Of a stretch of 64,000 nucleotides of DNA, positions 57,307 to 64,000 are shown piece by piece. The position numbers and the translations under genes were made by a program. Within the stretch, counting starts at the first letter, position 1; every line of letters starts with the position of its first letter. Under the pieces are notes generated by a model. That model did no database searches. It saw nothing but the letters and a program-made list of their open reading frames with translations, and was not told where the DNA came from. The stretch is taken from positions 329,744-393,743 of the forward strand of contig JAYQTA010000002.1 of assembly GCA_038147155.1 (NCBI GenBank). The letters are read 5' to 3'. Source of the DNA: Candidatus Australimonas brisbanensis (lineage in GTDB: Bacteria; Chloroflexota; Dehalococcoidia; Lucifugimonadales; Australimonadaceae).

Positions 57307-58234
57307 CTACAGGCCGGCCGCGGCCAGGTTCTCGGCGTAGATGGAAGCGTCGGAGGCCACGTAGCCCACCGCTTCCGTCAGCTCCGCGCCGTGCTCCATG
57401 TAGAAGCGGATGAACGCCGCAACCTCCGGCTTAGCCAGGAGGCCTTGTTCACGTAGATGAACAGCGGGCGGGAGAGGGGTGTACTCGCCCGCCTCGATGT
57501 TGCCCACCGTGGGCTCAACGCACCCGTTGCCGCTGTCGATGGCGACTGCCTTCACCCGGGAGGCGTTCTCCACGTAGTAGGCGAAGCCGAAGTAGCCCAA
57601 GGCGCCACCGTCGCCGCCCACACCCTGCACCAGGACGTTGTCGTCCTCGGACGCCGTGTAGTCGGCCCGGCTCGCCTGCACCTCACCCACGATCTCCTCG
57701 GTGAAGTAGTCGAAGGTGCCGGAGTCGGTGCCGGGACCGTAGAAGGCGCAGACGCTGGTCGGGGAAGCCCGCGCGCACCTGCGACCAGTTGTCGATGGTC
57801 GAGCCCGGCTCCCAGATCTTCTTCAGTTCAGCCACCGTCAGGCAGTCGGCGAAGTCGTTGTTGGGGTTCACCACCACCGAGAGACCGTCGGTGCCCACGC
57901 GCATCTCGATGTACTCGATGCCGTTGGCCGCCGCCGCTTCGGCCTCGGAGGTCTTGATGGGCCGGGAGGCGTCGGAGATGTCGGTCTCGCCCGCGACGAA
58001 CCGCTTGAAGCCGCCGCCGGTGCCGGACACGCCCACGTTCACCTGCACGCCCGGCTCGCCGCGCCGGAACTCCTCGGCCACCGCCTCGGTGATGGGGAAG
58101 ACGGTAGACGAGCCGTCCACCTCGATGTCCCCGCTCAGCCCATCGCCGGTCGAACCGCCGCCGCATGCCACCAGCGCCAGTGCGGTCAGCGCCCCCGCCA
58201 CCAGGATGCCCGTCATACGCAGCCGCTTGCTCAC
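57307..58234 (-). CDS. pstS: Phosphate-binding lipoprotein PstS with three apparent indels (about 57743, 57477, 57438)
   Basis: [36 protein letters not shown]; SRPLFIYV readable only in a shifted frame. Confidence 0.85.
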
Positions 58235-58272
58235 TGAAACCCTCCTTGGGTGTGTGGTTTTCGCTCACCACC

Positions 58273-58339
58273 ACGATAGAGGGGTTGCTGAGCCTGTGCG
58301 TTAAGGGAGGAGGGCCGAATGTGTTAACGGTCCATTAAC
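58273..58339 (-). promoter_or_regulatory. Candidate Pho boxes and -10 for pstS
   Basis: GTTAAT, GTTAAC, CTTAAC direct repeats at 11- and 23-bp intervals; -10 TATCGT. Confidence 0.6.
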
Positions 58340-59572
58340 GGGGCGGTGCGGCGGGGAGCAGCACCGTGAAGCGTGCGCCCTCACCCTCCCGGCTCTCGAC
58401 GCTCACCGCCCCCCCGTGGGCGGCGATCAGGTGGCGCACGATGGCCAGGCCCAGCCCCGTGCCGCCGTCGCGGCGGGAGCGGTCGGCCTTGTAGAAACGT
58501 TCGAAGACGTGGGGCAGGTGCTGAGGTGCTATGCCGACCCCGCTATCAACCACCTCCAACTGCATCGTCCCCGGCCGGGCGCCCGCCGCGACCCTCAGGC
58601 TCACCCGCCCGCCCCGGGGGGTGAACCTGAGGGCGTTGTCCACCAGGTTCACCAGCACCTGCCGCAGGCGGGCCGGGTCCGCATCGGCGAGTGGGGCGCC
58701 CTCGTCCGCCTCCACCTCCAGCGTCACCCCCACGCCCTCGGCACGCACCTGGAAGGAGGCCGCCACGTCGAGGGCCAGGGCAGCGATGTCCACCGGCTCA
58801 CGCTCCAGGCGCACCGCGCCCGACTCCACGCGCGCCAGCTCCAGCAGTTCCTGCACCATGGCGTTCATGCGGTCAACATCGGCGTTGATGCGGCCCAGGA
58901 AATCGCGCGCGACCTCGGGCCGCTCCAACGCCCCCGCCTCCAGCGTCTCCACCATGGCCTTCACCGAGGCGAGCGGGCTGCGCAGCTCGTGGGAGACGTT
59001 GGTGACGAACTCGCGCCGGGTGTTCTCCACCTGCCGCAGCGGGGTCACGTCCGGCAGCGTCAGCAGCACCCTGCCCCGCTCGCTCCCGGCCTGGAGCGGT
59101 GTGGCGGCGGCGACGACGGTGCGCCGCTGGGCGGCCAGACGCACCTCGGCACGTTGCTGGGTGCCCGCCTCGCGAGCGGTGACGACCAGGGCCATCAGTT
59201 GGTGGTCGCGCACGGCCGCACCCAGGCTGCTCCCCGCCACGGCGCCGCCCAGCAGCGCGCGGGCGGGAGCATTCACCAGCACCACCGTCCCCTCCCCGTC
59301 CACCAGGAGCGCCGCGTCGGTCTCTGCCTCCACCATCGCGCCCAGCAGCGCCAGCTCCTGGGCTGCCGGGGCTGAGCCCACCCGTCCGTCGTTGCGCCCA
59401 CGCTCCTGGGCCAGCCGCCAACCGGCGAGCGCGCCCAGGGCCAGCGCGGCAGCGGCCGCCAGCGCAGCCAGCGGGAGCGGTGCGGCGAGGGCCATGAACG
59501 CACCGGCCAGCCCCCCCAGGGCAGGCGCAGCCACCATGGGGGCGGCCAATCGACGCAGGAGTTGGCGCGTGC

Positions 59573-59576
<4 letters not shown>
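58335..59576 (-). CDS. phoR: PhoR-like sensor histidine kinase
   Basis: NVSHELRSPL, NLVDNA, DSGVGI, FERFY, GTGLGL; upstream of pst operon. Confidence 0.85.
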
Positions 59577-60298
<722 letters not shown>

Positions 60299-60413
60299 GG
60301 TCACCTCGCATGACCCTCCCGCCCCTCTATGATAGGGCGTTGTCCGCGCGACTGCCTACCAGCCGGCACGCACCCGCGCTACCATCGGAGCAAGCCAAGC
60401 CCCGGAGGCCCCC

Positions 60414-60869
60414 ATGCGTCACTGGCTGTTCAAGTCCGAGCCCACCGCCTACTCCTACGACGACCTGGTGGCCGAGGGCGTGGGCTGCTGGGACGGGGTG
60501 CGCAACTACCAGGCGCGCAACATGCTGCGCGATGACATCAAGCCGGGCGATCGGGTGCTCTTCTACCACTCCAACACCGCCGCGGTGGGCGTGGTGGGCA
60601 CCGCCGTGGTGGTGCGGGAGGGCTACCCCGACCACACTGCCCAGGACCCGGCCTCGGCGCACCCCGACCCCAAGAGCACCCCGGATAACCCCCTCTGGTT
60701 CATGGTGGACATCAAGGCCGATCGGCGCTTCGCGCGCACCGTGGGCCTGGACGAACTGCGGGCGAACCCCGCGACGGCGGGCATGGCAACGCTGCGGCGG
60801 GGCAACCGTCTCTCCATCACGCCGGTGACGGAGGAGGAGTTCACCGCCGTCGAGCGCATGGGCGCTTAG
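60414..60869 (+). CDS. EVE domain protein
   Basis: WLFKSEP, WDGVRNYQARN, FYHS, RLSITPV. Confidence 0.92.
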   Translation: MRHWLFKSEPTAYSYDDLVAEGVGCWDGVRNYQARNMLRDDIKPGDRVLFYHSNTAAVGVVGTAVVVREGYPDHTAQDPASAHPDPKSTPDNPLWFMVDIKADRRFARTVGLDELRANPATAGMATLRRGNRLSITPVTEEEFTAVERMGA

Positions 60870-60951
60870 CCACCCTGCCCTCCCCGGAGAAACGCGAGGC
60901 CCGCGCCGGATGGCGAAAACAGCCTCCTGATACATGCGGGGTGGGACTACT

Positions 60952-61919
60952 TCAACGAACTGCGGGCGTCTTGGAGGCGAAGGTCTCCATCATCTCCCTG
61001 TTGAAGGGACGCGGGGTCATGATGATGAAGTGGTCCACGCCCGATTCGATCCATCGGCCCACCTGCTCGGTCACGTTGTCCACGCTGCCCCACAGCATGG
61101 AGTCGCGCAGCTGCTCCTCCATGGAACCGTAGTGCTTGGAGGCGTGGTGGGAGGGCTGGGAGGCGTAGATCGCCGCCATGTCGGAGATGTACTTGTCCAC
61201 GTCCGCCTTGTTGTCGGACATGCGGAGCTGGATCTGCACGGAATGACGCATCTCCTCCGGTTTGCGCCCCGCGGCGGCCAGGTAGCCGTGGAACTTACCC
61301 AGGTTCTCGATGACGTCCAGTCGCGAGGTGATCTGGTTGTAGTCGGTGGCGTGCTTGGCAGCCACCTGCATGGTGCGCTCGCCCGTGCCGCCGATGATGA
61401 TGGGCGGGTGCGGACGCTGCACGGGGAAGGGGTTCGAGGGGGCATCGTCCAGCGTGAAGTAGCGCCCCTTGAAGTTGGCCGGGTCCTGGGTCCAGAGCGC
61501 CTTCATCACCGAGAGCGATTCGTCCATGCGGTCGATGCGCTCCTGGTAGGCGGGGTAGGTGATGCCGTGGGCGTCGTGCTCCTTCTTCACGTTGCCGGAG
61601 CCGATGCCCAGTTCCGCGCGTCCACCGAGGCGTGGTCGATGGTATTGATCATCTTCGCCAGGATGACGGGGTGGCGCAGGTTGTTGTTCACCACCAGCAT
61701 CCCCAAGCGCAGGTTCTTGGTGTGCCCGGACATGGCGGCCATGACCGTGAGGCCCTCCAGCCGCTTGGAGGAGGGCCCCCGCCCCTGCTGGATCTGCATC
61801 AGGTGGTCCGAGGGGTAGAAGCCCCAGTAGCCCATCTCATCGCACGCCGTGCAGATGGTGAGGAAATCCTCCCACACCAGCCCGTTGCTGCCGCCAACGC
61901 TGAAGAGGGCCTTTGCCAT
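60952..61919 (-). CDS. LLM-class oxidoreductase with a single-base frameshift at about 61627
   Basis: SDHL, LRHPVILAK, DHAS(G)GRAELGIG restored by adding one G, PPIIIGG. Confidence 0.8.
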
Positions 61920-62014
61920 GACGCACCGTCCTTATCACCGGAGTAAGGCCCCGTGGGGCCGGGGGCATGATAACCAGGGAGCACCCCTCGCGCACTCCCC
62001 CGCTTGCTGAGCTC

Positions 62015-62123
62015 GCTCGACCCGCCCACTGCGTGGGCTCGGACGGATGGGGATGCCTCGGCCCGCGCTGGCGCGCTGGGCCTACCCCCGGCGGGGGAGT
62101 TGCGCTCCCCCACTGCACTCCCT
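62015..62123 (+). repeat. REP-like multi-hairpin dispersed repeat, copy C
   Basis: GCCCACTGCGTGGGCTCGGACGG...GCCTACCCCCGGCGGGGGAGTTGCGCTCCCCCACTGCACTCCCT. Confidence 0.7.
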
Positions 62124-62227
62124 AGCGGACCCTCGCAGGCTTGTCCGCGTTCTTGGGGCTCTGCCCCACTTCAGACCCTAAGTATGCGTGCTGGCCACGG
62201 GCCTGCTGTCATGAGCGCCCGCCCAGG

Positions 62228-62300
62228 GCGCGGAGACGGGGGTTGGCGCCCGCAGGGCGACCAGGGGGAGTCCCCCTCATTGAGCGACCAGAGGGAGCGG
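62228..62300 (-). repeat. REP-like multi-hairpin dispersed repeat, copy D
   Basis: Reverse complement AGGGGGACTCCCCCTGG...GCGCCAACCCCCGTCTCCGCG matches copy A. Confidence 0.7.
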
Positions 62301-62447
62301 AGCAGAACGCCCGCAGCCAAGCCGCGGGCCCGCCCCCCCCGGCTTGAGGCGCGTGCGGGGCTGGTGTAGTGTTGCCGCGTCGCGCCGGGCATGGCCGGGC
62401 GCGCGCACGCACGCATACGTTGGGCACTGCGCCCGGAGGTGAAGTTG

Positions 62448-63689
62448 ATGGCGAAGCGCAAGCTCGGACTGGCGATGGTGGGCATCGGCGTGGGCGGCAC
62501 GGAGATGCTCCCGGCCATGGAGGAGATGGAGGAGCTGGACCTGGTCGCCGGCGCCGACCTGAACGAGGAGACGGTCGCCAAGTTCGCCCAGCGCTACAAC
62601 GCCACCGGCTACACCTCCTACGAGGAGATGCTCAAGGACGACCGCGTGGAGGCCGTGTGGGTCTCCACTCCCAACCGCTTCCACGCCCAGCACTCCATCA
62701 TGGCGATGAACGCGGGCAAGCACGTCGTGGTCGAGAAGCCCATGGCCCTCAACCTGGACGATGCCAAGCGCATGGTGGAAGCGGCCCACAAGAACAACGT
62801 CGTCTTCGTGGCCGGCCACACCCGTTCCTTTAACCCCGCGGTGCGCATGATGTGGCGCATCCTCCAGTCGGGCCGCATCGGCAAGGTGCGGGCCATCAAC
62901 GCCTTCGCCTACACCGACTGGATGCTCCGCCCCCGCACCGCCGAGGAGTTGGACATGGCCCAGGGCGGTGGACTGCCCACCCGCCAGCTGCCCCACCAGG
63001 TGGACACCGTGCGCCTGCTGGGCGGCGGCAAGGTGCGCTCGGTGCGCGGCATCACCGGCCAGTGGATGCCGGAGCGGCCCATCCCCGGCTACTACTCCGC
63101 GCTGCTGGAGTTCGAGGACGGCACCTCGTCCATCATCTGCCACAACGGCTACGGCTACTCCATGGGCGCCGAGCTGGTGCAGTGGGGCCACGACCGACAG
63201 CGCTACACCGCCGCCGAGCGCGTCGAGGTGCGCCGGCAGATGCGGGAGGGCGTGCGCAAGGAAGAGGACGACAAGCAGGCCCTGCGCATCGGCGGGCTCC
63301 AGGAGCGCGAGGTGTTCAAGGCTGAGAACCGTGAGCTGTGGGTGCCCGAGGACCTGGGCCTCCTCATCGTCTCCGGCGAGCGCGGCGACATGCGCCACGG
63401 CCCGGAGGGCGTGCTGGTGTACGACGACACCGGCAAGGAGGAGGTGCCCCTGAACCTCGACCGCGCCATGGGCCCCGGCTGGCGCCGCGCGGAGCTGGAG
63501 GAGCTGTACGACGCGGTGGTGGACGGCAAGCCCGTCTTCCACACCGGCGAGTGGGGCGTCGCCACCCTGGAGGTGGTCCTCGCCGTCTCCGAGTCCGCGA
63601 AGCAGCACAAGGAGCTCATCATGCAGAACCAGGTGCCCGTCCACGCCCGCTACGGCGAGGCCCGCACCTTCTCCGGCACCACCGCCTAG
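62448..63689 (+). CDS. Gfo/Idh/MocA oxidoreductase (OphB/Pht4 dihydrodiol dehydrogenase-like)
   Basis: STPNRFH, KHVVVEKPMA, GHTRSF, YTDWMLRPR, PHQVD; GGAGG RBS. Confidence 0.9.
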   Translation: MAKRKLGLAMVGIGVGGTEMLPAMEEMEELDLVAGADLNEETVAKFAQRYNATGYTSYEEMLKDDRVEAVWVSTPNRFHAQHSIMAMNAGKHVVVEKPMALNLDDAKRMVEAAHKNNVVFVAGHTRSFNPAVRMMWRILQSGRIGKVRAINAFAYTDWMLRPRTAEELDMAQGGGLPTRQLPHQVDTVRLLGGGKVRSVRGITGQWMPERPIPGYYSALLEFEDGTSSIICHNGYGYSMGAELVQWGHDRQRYTAAERVEVRRQMREGVRKEEDDKQALRIGGLQEREVFKAENRELWVPEDLGLLIVSGERGDMRHGPEGVLVYDDTGKEEVPLNLDRAMGPGWRRAELEELYDAVVDGKPVFHTGEWGVATLEVVLAVSESAKQHKELIMQNQVPVHARYGEARTFSGTTA

Positions 63690-63759
63690 GCTGGGGCCGC
63701 CGTCCGCATCGCAACCGGCGCCCCCGCACGGGCGCGCCCACCAAGGGAAGGAAACACGC

Positions 63760-64000
63760 ATGGCTAGCGAAGTGAAGCCGCTGAAGTTGGGAGTGATCGG
63801 CATCGGTGTGGGTGCGGCGGAGATGCTGCCGCCCATGGAGCGGGCCGACTTCATCGACCTGTTCGCCGGGGCCGACGTCAACGCCGACGTGCGCAAGCGC
63901 TTCAAGGAGCGCTACCCGGCGGCGCGGGTGTACGCCAGCGCCGAGGAACTGGTGAAGGACCCGGACGTGGAGGCCGTGTGGATCTCCACCCCCAACCGGT
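63760..64000 (+). CDS. Second Gfo/Idh/MocA paralog, 3'-truncated by window edge
   Basis: MASEVKPLKLGVIGIGVGAAEMLPPME...VEAVWISTPNR, similar to upstream gene. Confidence 0.88.
   Translation, partial: MASEVKPLKLGVIGIGVGAAEMLPPMERADFIDLFAGADVNADVRKRFKERYPAARVYASAEELVKDPDVEAVWISTPNR

Noticed and set aside
60414-60869. EVE domain as part of a modification-dependent restriction system
   Set aside because: Stand-alone EVE with no nuclease or ATPase neighbour
61600-61640. Programmed frameshift or pseudogene in the LLM gene
   Set aside because: One missing base in a short G run, no slippery heptamer, both halves otherwise intact; probably a sequencing error

Overview
High-GC bacterial chromosomal window, most likely Chloroflexota/Dehalococcoidia (SAR202-like). 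The basis is the tmRNA tag (A)GERELALAA, paralogous LLM, Gfo/Idh/MocA, VOC and CoA-transferase genes, and a small HHW/CxxC protein. Housekeeping genes include ssrA-smpB-ctpA, hflX-dapL-dapF, pncA/pncB, ilvB, fabF-recJ, xerD-rpiB, uvrC, modABC and phoBR-pstSCAB-phoU. Accessory content includes a tricarballylate/itaconate-like catabolic cluster and a DUF1800/DUF1501 pair. I found no CRISPR array, prophage or transposase. The most notable unannotated signals are: (1) a candidate dif site at 3799-3826, with GGGNAGGG (KOPS-like) polarity reversing across it, suggesting the window spans the replication terminus; (2) a 65-aa Zn-ribbon ORF and hflX that appear to start at ATC behind Shine-Dalgarno motifs; (3) a compact attenuator-like leader before ilvB with no leader peptide or T-box; (4) a dispersed multi-hairpin repeat family with compensatory base changes; (5) an orphan putative winged-helix gene whose AT-rich promoter motifs recur inside its own coding sequence. 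Indels in pstS and one LLM gene look like long-read homopolymer errors. All family calls are from motif recognition by eye, not database searches.
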